Part shown: in pieces, positions 1-14,900 of the stretch | Numbering within the stretch: position 1 is the first letter of the stretch | How the letters are laid out: every line of letters begins with the position of its first letter | Assembly (NCBI GenBank): GCA_051294375.1 | Contig: CM119266.1 | Span: forward strand, 17,664,087 to 17,728,086 | Reading direction: 5' to 3' | DNA length: 64,000 bases | Source: Paraspadella gotoi | Taxonomy: Eukaryota > Animalia > Chaetognatha | Translations under genes and position numbers: made by a program | Notes under the pieces: generated by a model | Database searches by the model: none | The model's input: only the letters and a program-made list of their open reading frames with translations | What the model was told of the DNA's origin: nothing

Positions 1-54
1 GCTATAATTCTATAACATCATTTCATTTCATTCATTGGTTTTCCGTTCATTCAG

Positions 55-405
55 GTCTAAATGGTGGAGAAATCGCTGGAATTGTTGTCGGCATTTTATT
101 GGCCATTGTCATCATCATCGTCATCATCGTCGTTTGCTGTAAAAAAGCAGGAGCCAAAGTGGCCAACTCTGATGAGGAAAAAGGAGGTAAAAATGAAAAA
201 CGAATGTAAAAAATAAACTTATTTAAAACAAATACATGAATTCTTGAATTACATACATTTTAGCCTAGAATGTGGGCCAAAAAAGCTAAAAGATTTGGCA
301 ACGAATTTTTGTTGAATATTTATAATTTCTTGTTAAGCTTTTGTTTTTTTGCAAATTATACGAATGTCAGTATATCTTTCTTTCTTATAGTTATACCTTA
401 CTATG

Positions 406-445
<40 letters not shown>

Positions 446-1952
446 TCTCTCTCTCGTTATATTTCTCTCTCTCCACACCAAAGGCTTTTCATCCAAACCG
501 GATGGAACTGAACAAGTGGTCGCGACTGTCGCCTCTTGAATTTAGCTCATTTTCCTTTTTGTTTTTATGGTAAGAAAGTTCGTTCCTTTAACCGCGACCA
601 CCAATTTTTGACCAATCACAGGCTTCGCCCTCTTCCCATTCTCCAATCACAGGCTTTCCCCTTTCCAGTCACTGTACGTTCAAAATCACGGTTTTTACAC
701 TAAAATTTATCTTGGAGTCCCATATTGCAGAAAATAATTTTCTAATCATCTAAAATAGCAAAACTCATTTATTTTTACAAAGCAGCATGAGCGGATAGCT
801 ATTATTGACTTATTAAATTTTTGCAACATTCTATAACGGTGAAAACTACACCATTGCTGAGTGCGTACTTTTAAAAAAAAATGGGCAAGGTGGTGGAGGC
901 CTAAAGCTTTTAATTCTTTGATTTTTAAAAAAATAAGAACTCTCAAAATAATTAGAAATAATTAAAATAATGAAAACATTAATTTTCTTTTTTTTTCTAT
1001 TTCTTTTTTTATTGTAAATCCAAAAGATGAAAACAAAGCTGCTTCATCACAAAACAACCACAAAAACAAAAAAACTCAAGGTGAGTTAGTTGCTTGGTCA
1101 GTTTCACGCCTTACCATATTAGGTGCATGCCCACTCGGCATTGCCCAGGTTGGTCTTTCCTCACGCTTTTTTTGCTTGATGAAAGACTTCATTAATATTA
1201 AACAAAAAAATAATATTTTACCTTTACGTGTCTCGTTTTAAGACTAAAAACCTTTTTATATGATTAAACATTATAGAATCATAAAATATTAAACGCTAAA
1301 ATAACTTTTCTTATTCATTTAAAATTTAATATTTGAAGCCTGGAAAGATAAGTCAGGTAACGACTTACGTTACTTTTTCAATAAAGGAATGGTATTTGTT
1401 AGTACCGGTCAATTTTACTTTATAAATTTTTCCGTGATTTATTTGAATTGACGTTTAAAATATAATGAAATGAAACAACTAAATTTAATCATCAAATGAC
1501 CACAAAGATTTCTAGTCTTTAATTTGTCTGTATCGGATTGATTTTAATGGTTTTTTATTTCAAATCAACGTACATATAACTAAATTTAATTTTCAGACGG
1601 AACCGAGGAAACCAGAAGAGGAGAATCTCATCGCAATGACAAAGATCATGACAGACACAAAAGTGACAAACATTACGACAGACACGGTAGTGACAGAAAC
1701 GATGAGAAGTCCAGACGCGAAAGAAACGATGACAGAACTTATGACAAAAATTATGACAGAAACTATGACAGAAACAATGACAGAGACAGAAACAACGACA
1801 GAGACAGAAACAATGACAGAGACAGAGACAGAAACAATGACAGAGACAGAGACAGAAACAATGACAGAGACAGAGACAGAACCGGTAGCGGAAGACCGGA
1901 AAGACATGGCGAACCAGAGAGCGAATACGATCGTCGTCCTCATCAGGATTAA
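55..1952 (+). CDS. 3' end of a single-pass membrane protein (5' part outside the window), with two candidate alternative C-termini
   Basis: Exon 55-186 (CAG..GT) reads GLNGGEIAGIVVGILLAIVIIIVIIVVCCKKAGAK: a TM helix followed by CC and a basic stop-transfer stretch. It splices in phase 1 either to 484-539 (GFSSKPDGTEQVVATVAS*) or to 1027-1080 + 1597-1952 (charged tail with NDRDRD repeats, TAA at 1950-1952). Confidence 0.7.
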
Positions 1953-2381
1953 AAAACCCCCCAAAAAAACAAAACAAAAGATATCTAAGGATAAAAAGGA
2001 AAACAAAAAAACAATAAAAAAAAGAAAAAAACCAAAATCGACGCCATCTGCCGCCGACGGATTTTTTTTTTTTTTTTTTACAAATTCCATCTCTCCGCTA
2101 CTCAAAAAAAAAATGGAGGAGAGAGAGAGAGAGAAAGACTTTTTATCGTCGAAAATAAAAGAAAAGGGAACATCTATGTAAACGGGTGACTTTAAATCAA
2201 CCGCGTCTCTATACAATAATTGTAAAAAGTGTACAAAACCTTGTTCAGAGTACAAATTGTTATGTCTCAACCGCAGACCATTTTCCTCCTCCTCCCCCTC
2301 CTCTTCATTCTCCAATCATGGGCGTCCTTGTCAACGACACCATAGACCATCTGTTTATTCAAAACAAAAAGCTCTCTCCTT

Positions 2382-2460
2382 GACGACGACGACGACGACG
2401 ACGACGACAACTACGACGACGACGACGACGACAACTACGACGACGACGACGACGACGACG
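2382..2460. repeat. (GAC)n microsatellite
   Basis: Direct reading; produces the spurious poly-T ORF 2257..2484. Confidence 0.95.
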
Positions 2461-2610
2461 GAAAAAAAACCCCAGCCCTCTTGAGCTCCTCTCGACTCCC
2501 ATTCCTCCGACCAGTCATGACTTACCCTCGTGACTTACCAGGATTTTTTTATTCCCTACTTTTTTTTTCTCTTTTAGCTTCTCCCTCGGGCTTTTTGGAC
2601 ACGCGAGGTC

Positions 2611-2678
<68 letters not shown>

Positions 2679-3730
2679 TCCATCCTATCCCATCCCATGC
2701 TGTCTTGGAAAAGTCTTTCCCTTTCCCGATCTGTCCCTCGATACGGATGTGACGAAAGTTATTTTTTCCAAAATGACGATTGTATTGTCAAACAATTTAA
2801 TCGCTTTTTTGTACACGTGTCAAAACAAATTATTTGTTGCCAACGGGTGTCGAAATAAATTATTTAGTTCCAAAACGTTGATGATTTGCTAAATTTTACC
2901 TATATTGCAAATTATTTTAAGAATTAAGTTACTATTTTACAATCGTTAATATTTTAAATATTTTAAAAGCTGACAGTCGTTTTAATTACTTTACAGTACA
3001 TGGGTTTATTTTTATATTCAGATCACAGCTTTTAACAATTTGAAGAATTACAGAAATACCTTTTTGACAATACCGTCTTGAAATAGTATTAAATAATGTT
3101 TATTATTTGGTAGTGTAAATGTATTAATTTGTCTATTTTTAAATCACAGCGTTCCTTTGATACAGAACGTTGACGTCAATCCTTCCCGATCATCATTCCC
3201 TTCCATATAATCATCCCATCTCATCAGCCATCATTATGATCTGTTTTAAAGCTGTTGCACTGTAAATTTGGTCACAGCAACGAGGTCGTTTCTCTGTGAT
3301 AAAAGTTCGACGTTGAAATTGTTTTATCTAAAAAATCCGTTTCAGTCGAAGAGTACGTCTAGTCAAAAATGTATTATAGACAGAAAATTTATATTTAATT
3401 ACTTATTTATAAATTTTCAAACTGATAATTTTACGGAGTGCAAATTTGTGTTCGATACAATGTGATTTAATTTGAATCAGTATGTTGTAGAATTGTACCA
3501 ACTGCATTTTTTTAAATAAGAGAATTCTAATTGTGTATAAACCAGATTCTGTATTTAAAATTAATTTATTTCTCTTCACCTTTTGTATAAAAAATGTAAA
3601 TAACTAATTTTTTTTCGGATTAATTTGATGTTTAAATACATTCGATGTTTTTTGACAATACAAATCGAATCACGCGTTGCTAAACCTAAGGGGAATGGAA
3701 TTGATATTTCCGTAAGGAGGGAGCGTAAGG

Positions 3731-3877
<147 letters not shown>

Positions 3878-6283
3878 CCAAACGGGGCTGGAAAAGTTAG
3901 GTTCAAACTCCTGACTAAAACCTGTAAACAAACAAGGCTGTATAAATAAGGCTCTCATTGAAATTGTATTCCGCTCAAATTGTGATCATGAATCATGTGA
4001 AAAATGATTTGCAACTTTGCGCAAATTGCGCAAATTGCGCAAATTGCGGTCTTTTCTCGTCGTTGAACACGTGTCGGAAAATCGGAAAATCTAGTTCTTT
4101 TACGATCTTCATTTGTTGGCGAAACCAGTTTCCGTGGTAATGACAGTAGAGGCGCTGCAGGACGGGAGTAGCTTTTTTTTGTATCTTTTTTTATCAATTC
4201 CATAAACTGGCTGGGATTTTGCCTTTTGCGCTAAAATTTATAATTTATAATGAATTTTAAGGTTATCTATTCAATAATTACAAATATTTTTCAAAAAAAT
4301 ACAAAACTAAAAATATTTAAAAAATTTAAATTTACAATTATTTCAATGCTAAAAAATAATAATGATAAATTAAACGCAAATTACTTTTATATTTTCTGTT
4401 ATTATAAATGTTCAATTTAATATGATTTTTATTGCATTTTCTTTACCTTTACCAGCAACGAGTTAGATATAATAATATTAATTTCTTTCTATCTCCATAA
4501 TCAAAACATTTAAGCCAAATAAGCATTATCCATTGTAACATTCCAACTCCTCTCAGGATACACAAGCCCTTCTCTTCTTCCTCTCTTGCTTTTTCCTACT
4601 CAATTCAGCTGCACCGCTCTGAGTAATCAAAGCAGAGTGTAAGAGAGAGAGAGAAAGGGAGAGAGAGAGACTGTAATTCGGTAAAATAGTAAAAACTCCA
4701 AATTCGATTCATTCCGAATCATCCCCGGGGCAGAGAGAGAGAGAGAGAGAGACAGAGACAGAGAGAGAGAAAGAGAGACACTCCCATTGCCTCAGCTCTA
4801 AAAGAATCGAACTCGTCCAACCTGTTTTATTTGTTGAAACGACAAATTTTTTTAACTCTTTTTTAAAATTTTCTTTTTTTTTTCTTCAAGTTTCGCGGCA
4901 AAAAAAGAAAAAGACGTTTGGTTGTTGACATTTTTGGGCTTCGGTTTCTCAAGCTGCGTGCAATCAAACTGCGTGTAAGCAAGGCGTTCCATTCTTGCAT
5001 GCTACGTGTGCGTCGAAAGTGCGGTGGGCAGATAAACAAACAATCAAGCGACCAAGCGGATTGAGGAAACACATTTTTTAGGTAATTTATATAATTTATG
5101 ATTAACTTTATGGTTATAACGTGTTTCATCTTGACTTTTAAAAACCAATTTTTTGGGGTTAGTTAATTTTATTCTCAGTGAAATCTAACTTTTTTCTATT
5201 TTCATCTTGTTCTTTTGTTAACATAAATTCAAATTATCCATAAAAAATACAGTTCCGATCATTTCCATTTTTTTATTTTTCTCAATCCTTCGACATTTAA
5301 AGTTTTTTTTTTCTTTCCTTCAAGATTTTTCGTGCGGCGTTTTTAGGAGTTGGCTAAAACATATCTCTGTTGTTTACTTTTCTGATCTGACTGGTTGTCG
5401 ATTTCGAAGTTTTCTCCGTCAATTAAAATCGAAGCTCTGATTTTCAACGTCATTTATCGGACCTTTTTCGTAAGCCGAATTTTAATCCCATCGGTTATTT
5501 TGTCATTAAATATTTATTCATTCGATTGGTTTTTCACGAATACTTTTCTTCAATTTTAATCTTCTTTCCCGCGATTTTGTATTTTGTTTTTCCTAACGTT
5601 GAGCCACCATGAGTTGAGACTGCCCTCTCTCACGTTCGCTCCAAATCTCTCTTCATCACCATATGACAAATCTGGACAGTGAAAATTCTCTACTGGTGTT
5701 TTTTTTTTGGTCTGGTTGTTTTTTGCAGCTGGAATCACAAAGCCGCTGGTTCTTACGTCGAACAAGCTTTCGCAGTGATTGCATAAGTATTCATAACAAA
5801 AAAATTAACAACGATCAACAATCGGATAACTTATACCGAACCCGACGCGAGTTAACAAAATATCTCTCAGATCGAGCGATTGTTCATCGAGACGTTCAAC
5901 CGACGGTTCGATTCTACTATGATTATCTAAAACTGTTTCATAAAATGTAAAACTGGTTGTGTTATTAATTTGCTACTGAGACCTTTCTCACTGCGATACA
6001 GACGAGATTCTTACAATTTACAAGGAACTGTAAATATTGATAAAACTTGACTGTCTTGAGCGAAAAAAAAGGGATAAAGCAAAATTGTCACAAGTGATAG
6101 AAAACGACTGTCACAAGTAATTGGAAACGACTGTCACCAAACCCTGAATATTTTTTTATGACATCGAATCAGTCTTTATTCATATTTTTCTGTTCTGTTT
6201 TCTTTTAATTGAATTAACCGTACTCGACCCGGTTTTTCAACCGGGATCGAGTTCATTTGGCGGGATATCTCTTTCTCTCTCTC

Positions 6284-6332
<49 letters not shown>

Positions 6333-7610
6333 CTTCCTCTCTCTTCTCCCCTCCCCATCACGAACTCGGGAGTAAGGCATCGCTGGTTCTTTTTTGTTTT
6401 TAAAATAGATTTTTTTTTCTCTTTTTTTCCACTTTCCTTTTTTTTCTTTTTCTTTTCTTTTTCGTTTCTTTTTTTTTCATTCATCCTTAGTTTCGTGCCG
6501 ACCTCGAATCCCAGCACCAGCAAGAAAAACCATCTACTGCTTATTGGGACTGCAGAAAAGAGTTGAAGGCAGATGGAGGATCTCTGATTACAACGTTGCA
6601 AATTGAAAACTCCCGTTGCTATTTACGATTCTCAGAAAGGGGAAATAACTCTCTTAGTATTCAGCGCCGTCAAGCGGTGGAAGTTCAAACCAAACAAAAG
6701 ACCATCTTCCTAAACTGAAATTAAAAAATGAATTTCTTCAAAAATATATTCAAGGTTCGTGAAAACAAAAGTTTACATTTATAGTCGTTAATTAATGTAA
6801 CAACTAACAACAACAGCCAATTTTCAAATTATAATTTTTCCCAATTTCTATCAAAAATTTAGAATCAAAAATTGATTTGATTTTTTTTTCTTTCAAATTG
6901 TTATCTTCTTCCTTTTCTTCTAAAATTCTTATCTTAAAATCTTTGACGAAAACAAAACATTAATCGCATATAAAAACAGATTCGGTTTTGGCTCAAGTCG
7001 AAAGAGGGTTTCAACGCACCCTGTTCTTACATCTTACTCCCTGAAAATCGTTTGGCAAAATCGATTAAACTGTAAACTGATCCAGCGCTTCTAGAATATA
7101 TATATATATAACATCATGCGTATTCTATGTCCAGAGAATAAGATAGTTTCATACTACCTACCAAGGTCTCTTTGAATTTTTTTTGAAACAATAGCTTAAT
7201 AACCTCTTAAATATGATTTCAAAATTTCCTTTAAAGCTCCTATAAAGCCTTGTGAACGCTCTTCTAAACGCCCCGTAAAAGCTCCACTAAACGCCCTGTT
7301 AAGTTTTATCTAAAAGCCTTGTAAAAACTATTCTCATCGCCTAGTAAAATATCCTAAGAACAACACCCTGTATAATCTTCTTAAGCCTCTTTATTCAACC
7401 TGTAAAAAGCCAGTCCACGTAAAATTAGTTAAACATTTCATTTTTCATGTTTCCATCTCTTTAGCTTTGGTTTTTGGTGAAAGCTCTATTAATGCTTTTT
7501 TTTTTCTCTCTCTTTTTTTCGCTTCGATTGCATTTTTTTGAGTTGTAGTGATTTGGGAAGCTTTTTGGTGAAAAGCAGCAGTGTTTGTTTTAGTTGTGTC
7601 CTCTTGTCTC

Positions 7611-7656
<46 letters not shown>

Positions 7657-8317
7657 CGAAGATTAAAAAGTCGAGTTGTGAATCTCAATCACTCACTCTC
7701 CCTCTCTTTAGTCTCGGTCTCACTTTGAACAAAGTTTTCGATTTGAAATTTTGAATTCGGTTTTTTCGTAAAAATCGATCCCAATTTTCGTCCCAAGGAT
7801 TTTCCTTTTTTTTTTGTTTATTTAACTATTATATTCGTTTAAATTTCTTTTAATTTATTTGAATTTCGATCAAAATTCCCATGAAGAATGGTCGTCCTCT
7901 TTTTTTTCCTCAATGTGGTTTTTTTTATATTTTGTACAGATTAAAATAAACTTTTATATATGAACATAATATATATATTAAAATAATTTGTACCCAAATT
8001 AAAGATTTAAATTGCAATCAGTCACAGAATATATCTAGTTCAAATCTTAAATTTATCTCGTTGGTCTTTACAAAAAGGCATTTGATATTAAAACAAAAAA
8101 ACCCTAAATTTAAAAAAAATTAACCATTTGTTTGTTTACATTCTCACTTTCTCTGTCGTAGCAGAGAAACCCCGCGAAACTCTCCCTCATATAACAATAA
8201 AAAAAAACCAAAAGAAAAACAACAATCTAAATTCCGATATTTTTCGCAAAGTTCATAATAAAATATAAGTAAATAAACTAAAACGCAAACACATCGAGCG
8301 GTCTCCTAGCAACCGCG

Positions 8318-11300
8318 ATGGGCTGCTGCTCGAGCAAAACCCTTTCCAAAGAGAACCTGTCCGCTCCGGACCTGGCGGCGGGTCAGCCCCTGACCGGAGG
8401 GGTTAACGGGCTCGGGACTACGGAAGGGGTTACCCCAGAAGACTCCCAGATCGCCCCCCAGACTGAGGGGCAAGTAGGTTCTGCCTTTGAGGAGGCAGAG
8501 GACGAGGTGAGTTTTGGTCGGTCGGTCCGTGAGATAAGGACGCGCCTAATTCCCGGGGGAACACTTACCTTTTGCCCCTGACACAAAAACTGCGGTCTCT
8601 CAACCAATTTCAGCGAACCCGATCCTGGCTGCTTTCGCTTTTTGTAGTCTTTACGCATATATAAATGCTTTTCCGGGATTTTTAGTTGCGCCGCCATTAT
8701 TCGCGGAGAAACTTTTCGGTCGGTCGGTCGGTATGTCTGTTTGTCCATCGATCTGTCCCACTTATGTTTTAAATATATATAACTCGGGTAATACTTCCTC
8801 AAATTAAGTTCATATTTGGGAAGAAGGTAAAGTACCATTAGACCTTCAATGTGAATAAGTTTAATACTTACCCAGTTATGTGATCACCTAAAAAATTACA
8901 TGAATTGAAATTCAATGCGGCATAATTGTTATACCATACTGGTTCGTCCAATGAGAGAGTCGAATCCGGATTCCATTTTCGGTTCGAATTCCATCTGCGA
9001 TGCTGGTATACTAGTATACTAAAATTTGATAAGATAGATTTATAAGATGCTTTTTGTATATATGTTTCATGATTGTATACTATACAATGTATAGTCATTA
9101 GTCAATGATTACACAGAAGTTCGGTCAAGTGATCACAAAGTAAATGCGGCATATTACTTACGTGTAATATTTGGGTTTTTTTTGCTAAAAACTTAACATC
9201 GAAATAATAAACAATTAGATGCTTCTAGTGTATATGTTTCATACTTGTGTAATACGGTGATCATCAAAAGAAAGTCACCGAGACTGTATTGAAATATACG
9301 GGAGACCGTTGCATGATTTTCCATTTCTCAAGTATTGCAAATCATTAGTCTAATATTAAAATATGGCTGGGCATATATCAAGCATGGCTAAAGTAGCGTC
9401 TTGCAAGTTTTTAACTTTTTGGTTAAACTAAACTAAACTACAAAATCATCATTTTACTTTAGAAATATATTGCGATACTCCTGTTTCTCGGAAAAGTCGC
9501 TTTTATTTGAAAATACAATACTTTCTTATTTTTACAATTCAATTCGGCATGATTCCCAAAGGCAAAAGACATTTCAGACATTGCAGACCCCCTTGCAGAA
9601 AAATTTCCAACATTTTTGAAGACTTAGCCTTGTTTCTTTCTTTCTTTCTATCTCTCTTTCTTTGCCTTTCTGTCCAGTAAATTTTTTTTCCCTAAGTATA
9701 AAAATGAAAATATAATCTACGTTTATTTGTAAAGTAACCAAATTATTATTTTCCTCAAAAAATGAATTGATGTACAAGAACTAAGTTTGAATTTTTACAT
9801 TCATATTTTCCCGCGTCTTCTCCTTTTTGATTCCTCTCCTTCTTCCTCCCTCTCTCTCCTTCTCTCGTTCTTCCTGTCTCTTCTCATTTTTTCTTTTTAC
9901 CTCCTCTTACCCACTACTCCACTTTCTTCCTCTCTTCCCTCTCTTTACCTCTCTTCTCTCCCTCTCAATACCCCTTCCCATCTCTCTCTCCCTCTCCACC
10001 ATCTCCCACTCTCTCCCACCCCACCCTGCAGGGCTCGTCCAAATCCCCCATGGAAGACCCACGCGACAATAAGGGGGTCTTCCTCCACGGGGTTCTTCGG
10101 ATGACGATCCATCGGGCTCGCGACCTTATTGACCGCGACCAAACGCTCGGGTTAAACATTTGCCGCAGCAACGTCTCCGATCCAGACTGCAAGATCTCAT
10201 TGCTCTGCGTCGATGGGCTGGACCTCAATCTGGGTGAGCTTGGTTAGAGGGGGGATCTATGGTAAGCTTTACTTTTTCGGCTCAAAGTCCAGACTGACCT
10301 GCCTGTTAAAACTATTTTGTAGCTGAATGCATCAAGCTTCTCTCACAGAATAAAAATAATATTTTTTCCCTATTTTTAAGGAAAAACATCTTGCATCGAC
10401 AACGACTTAAATCCAGTTTGGAACGAATACTTCACATTCTACGTTTGTCACAATGTGGACAAACTTAAGATCATGCTGCGGGACAAGGATCACACCTCGG
10501 CCTCCGACAGCCTCGGAAATACATTCATTGACGCTGAGAGGATTATCAAAACTGATGAAAACAGGTTAGGAACGGTTCTTAATATAAAATTATTTAATTG
10601 TCAATATATGTTATTACGTGCTGTGAAATACAAATTTTTATGAAATTTATAAAAATTATCCTGTGGACGCGTTCAGAATCCATTCATTTAATAAAGAAGT
10701 TAACTTGCCTCCCAAGTATACCGTCAGAATAAATGCCTTCCCCTTGGCGAGTGGCTATGGGCGACGCCGGGGGTCGTACCTTGGGATAGCCTCTGGGGGT
10801 GGGCAAAAACTATATAACTAAGTGTGACCCCAAGGGGGATATATTTTTTAGCTATTAGGGGTGGCCCCACGGCAGATCCCCTTGGGGTTACAAAAATTGC
10901 TTTCCCAAGGGGTCACCCTAAGGTATGGGAAAATGACTACCCTTTGGGGTGGTCTTCTTATTGTAGCAAAAGAAGCCAGGCTTCCTTAATTGATTTTTGA
11001 CTCATAATTTTACTCCCTCTTTCTTTCTCTTATTCTTTCTTTCTTTCTTTTTTTTATTTTTTTATCTTTTATTTTGTCTCTAATTCTTTTTTTTCTCTTT
11101 TTTATATAGAAATCGGTTTTAAATAATTTGCTAATTAGAATATTTATTTTACTATCAGAATCATACCACTTTTATGCGGTCTTTAAAAAAAATTTAATAA
11201 AAAAATTATTTTATATAGCAATAAATTTATTTTCTTAAAAATCATATAAGTAATCCGGTATAAAAATATGTTTAATGAATACATATAATAATTACCGCTA

Positions 11301-11937
11301 AATGATAATCACTAAATAAATAACCCAATAAAAAAGAACAGTTTTTAAAATTGTATACTGCTAAACAGACCCAATAGCTGCTGCATTAGGAAGTCACTGT
11401 TTGCAATAAAAAATTATTAATTTTTTTTAAATTTAAACTATTTTAATATCTTAAAGAAAATATAAAAAAAATATATTTTTATATTTTTATATTTTTATAT
11501 TTAAATATAAAAATTTTTATATTTATATTTTTTTTTTAAATTTTTTCAATCTGGACTCAGGATTCAATTGAATTTAAAATTACTTAATGTTGATCATATT
11601 ATTAGAGTGATTTCATCAAAAAAGTATCTAAAGTCAAAAATATTTGTAAATTTTTTTTGTTCAGCGATGATCACGAGGCATTCGAAGAGGAATGGTTAGA
11701 TCTTATACCACCAGGTAACCCATACTTGATCATAAATAAAATCTAAATTGGTATTTGAAATGAAATTAAGACCCATAAAATTAATCTTATTTCTTTAAAC
11801 ATTTCAGAAAATTTTTCCGAACAAGGTAAGTAAAGAAATCTCAGGACTTTATGAGTAGAAAGTTGCAGATCAAAATTCGAATAGTTAATCAAAGCGATTG
11901 CGACGATCTCGTAACGCTTTTGCGCATAAGTGGCGTA

Positions 11938-11971
<34 letters not shown>

Positions 11972-14900
11972 GCGTTCCAACTTATCGATCGCCTTTTTAT
12001 CGTCGCAATCGCTTTGCGATTTTTCTTATACTTTAAAGTTTTTTTATCTTTTTCATTTTTTTAAAAATACCATATATTTAATATTGGTACATAGTTTTTT
12101 TAATTAAAATACTACTAATTAGTATATACCGTCACATATTTTCTTTTCAAAAAATTAAAAAGAGGTATTTTTATTAGCTTCTGTTTCAAGTTCGTATTTC
12201 CTACTGTTCAACCTTTCTTCTATCACTTTTCTAAAAACATAATATATATCTGTCCAAAGTTCTATAAATTTTACTCAATCAGGCTCAGTTCAAGTCACCA
12301 TCAAATTCCAGCCTTGGGTGAGAACCGACAGAGTCGTCGAGTCTTACTTCCCTGTTTTGGAAGGAAATCGAGTCACCCTGTATCAGGTCGGTTGAAGAAT
12401 GAGAAAGGTTTATCATTATCGTGTTATCTCGTATTTAAATCAGTGGCGAATATGATATATCGGGTCCGTTGAAGAATAAGATATTTACTACTATATTCAC
12501 CTCACCCTGCACGAAATCTGTTTTCCTAAATCGCCTCTTCCTGTCAAAAATCACATCTTGGATGGTAAAATGTGAATAAAAATATATCTATATGACGTCA
12601 CTTTTTCCCCCACCATGTTTTATTTATCCAATCAGCTTTTTAACTGTACTTCCCATCATCCAATCAGGACGCAGAGACGCCGATGCTGCCTTGCTTCGAG
12701 GGTCTCACGAATCCGGACGGAAGTGATTACGTCCCGACAAATTGTTGGAGAGATATGTACGCGGCCATTTGCGAAGCGGAGAAGTTTATCTACATCACTG
12801 GTACATGGAGGATTCGGATCAGACATTCTGTCCGCCTATCTGTCCCCATTATCTCCTACCTTCATCTTCTCACCTATTGCACCATCTTTTTTCTTTCGCC
12901 TTCCGATCTGTCCCATAAATTGACTACTTTATCATATGTGCTGCACCATCTTTCCTTTATCTTCTCCATCTTTTGCATCATCTCTTTCCTTCATCTTTAA
13001 ATCAGTCACGTTATCTTTATCCTTTTTCCATTTGCCTCATCATCTCTTTCCTTCATCTTTAAATCAGTCACGTTATCTTCATCCTTTTTCCATTTGTCAC
13101 ATCATCTCTTTCATCCATCTTTAAATCAGTCACGTTATCTTTATCCTTTTTCCATTTGTCACATCATATTTTTTCTTCACATTCCAATTTGTATCTTCTG
13201 TATCATCTACATCATCAAAATCTTTTCGTCCCATCTGTCCCGACATCTCTTTTCTTCATCTTCACATCTGTCTCATTATATTTCCTCTCATAATCTGCCT
13301 CCTGCTTTTTTTCCCCATCTGTATCACCATCTCTTTCTCTCCCTCCAAAGGGTGGAGCGTCTGCACAGATATCAGTTTCCTTCGAGACGACGATGACGCC
13401 ATTGCGGAGTCCAACGTCGGCGAAACTCTCAAACGGAAAGCGGCAGAGGGCGTCAACGTGAGCCGATGCTATTGTTTATTTAATTTTTTTTTCTTTTTTT
13501 TTGTTGATTTTGATTATTTTTTGTTTATTTTATTATATTTTTGTCTTTTTTTATATTTTTAATATTTTGTTTACTTTTCTCTCTAGTTTGTTTATATTTT
13601 TATTTTCTGTCAATATGGGTTTAAAACCAACATATTCTTATTGTTAGTGTTATCATTTTTCACAACCTCTGTTTATTCTTCTGTTTTCCTCTCCGAATGC
13701 GATGTAAGTGTCCACGAATGATGCTGTTGTAGCATCACTACCTGATGTTGTTATCGCTCTCTCCAGGTCATCGTCGTGGTTTGGGACGAACGAACTTCCA
13801 ATGACGTCATCCCGGGAGGATTCATGGGAACTCACGATGAACAAACATTTGCTTTCTTTGCTGACAGTGAAGTTCATTGCTTCAAACATCCCAGAATACA
13901 GGTTTGATCTCTCTCTATTTCTCTTTCTCTCTCTCTCTCTCTCTTTTTCTCTCTTTCTCTCTCTTTCTCTTCACGCAAATTCTTTACCTCCTCGCAGGGC
14001 GGCCAATCCATGGGTATCAAGGGAATGATCCGATCAGACTTTTCACAGACTTGTTACTCTCATCACCAAAAGACTGTGATTTTGGATGCTCCTGGTGGAG
14101 CAGATGACATGAGAAGGGTCATTGCTTTCGTGGGTAAGTTATCTTATGGTCATGGTCGTGGTTTTATGTACGTATTACATATGTTATTTTCCTTAGGTCA
14201 TTAGGTAAAAAGTTTATTTATCAATAAAATGCACATAAATTTCAAACTTTTCTTTATTCTTTCACCTTCGACCCAAGGCGGGCTCGACATCACAGACGGT
14301 CGTTACGACACTCCAGAGTTCCACCTCTGGTCGACACTGTCCACCAAACACTCCAACTGCAACGATTTTTACAACAACTGCACTCCTGGTTCCACCGCCG
14401 AATCAGGTTAGAATTGGTTTGATGTGAAAATTGGCAATATTAAAAAGGATTTGAAACATAAGGATATAGGATGAGTGTTGTGCACTTGTTCTCTCTCTCT
14501 TTCTGTCTTTCTTTGTTTGTCTCTATCTCTCTCTATCTTTCTTTCACTCTCTCTGTCATACAAGGTAAGTGGCTCGATCTCTCTAATCAGTAATCTTAAT
14601 CTCAACCATTGAATCTCTCTCTTTATCCGCTAAATTTCGTATATCTTATGGTTATTTTGAATACGTTTACATTTTATACACGGGACAATGGGCATTGACC
14701 AATGACCATTGGCCATTGGTCATTGGCCATGTATCCCTCGTTGTTAGAATAAATGACCGCCTCCCCCTTCGTCCGCTTCTCAAGGCCCCCGTCAGCCGTG
14801 GCACGACATCCACGCGAAGATCGAAGGCCCCGCGGCTGCGTGCGTGCGACAGAACTTCGTGGAGCGTTGCATGCAGCAGTCGCAGAGCGCGGACACGGCG

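Noticed and set aside
1555-2315. ORFs 1636..2181 (TETMTE repeats), 1555..1977 and 1593..2315
   Set aside because: Alternative frames of the minisatellite exon 1597-1952; the spliced frame is the NDRDRD one.
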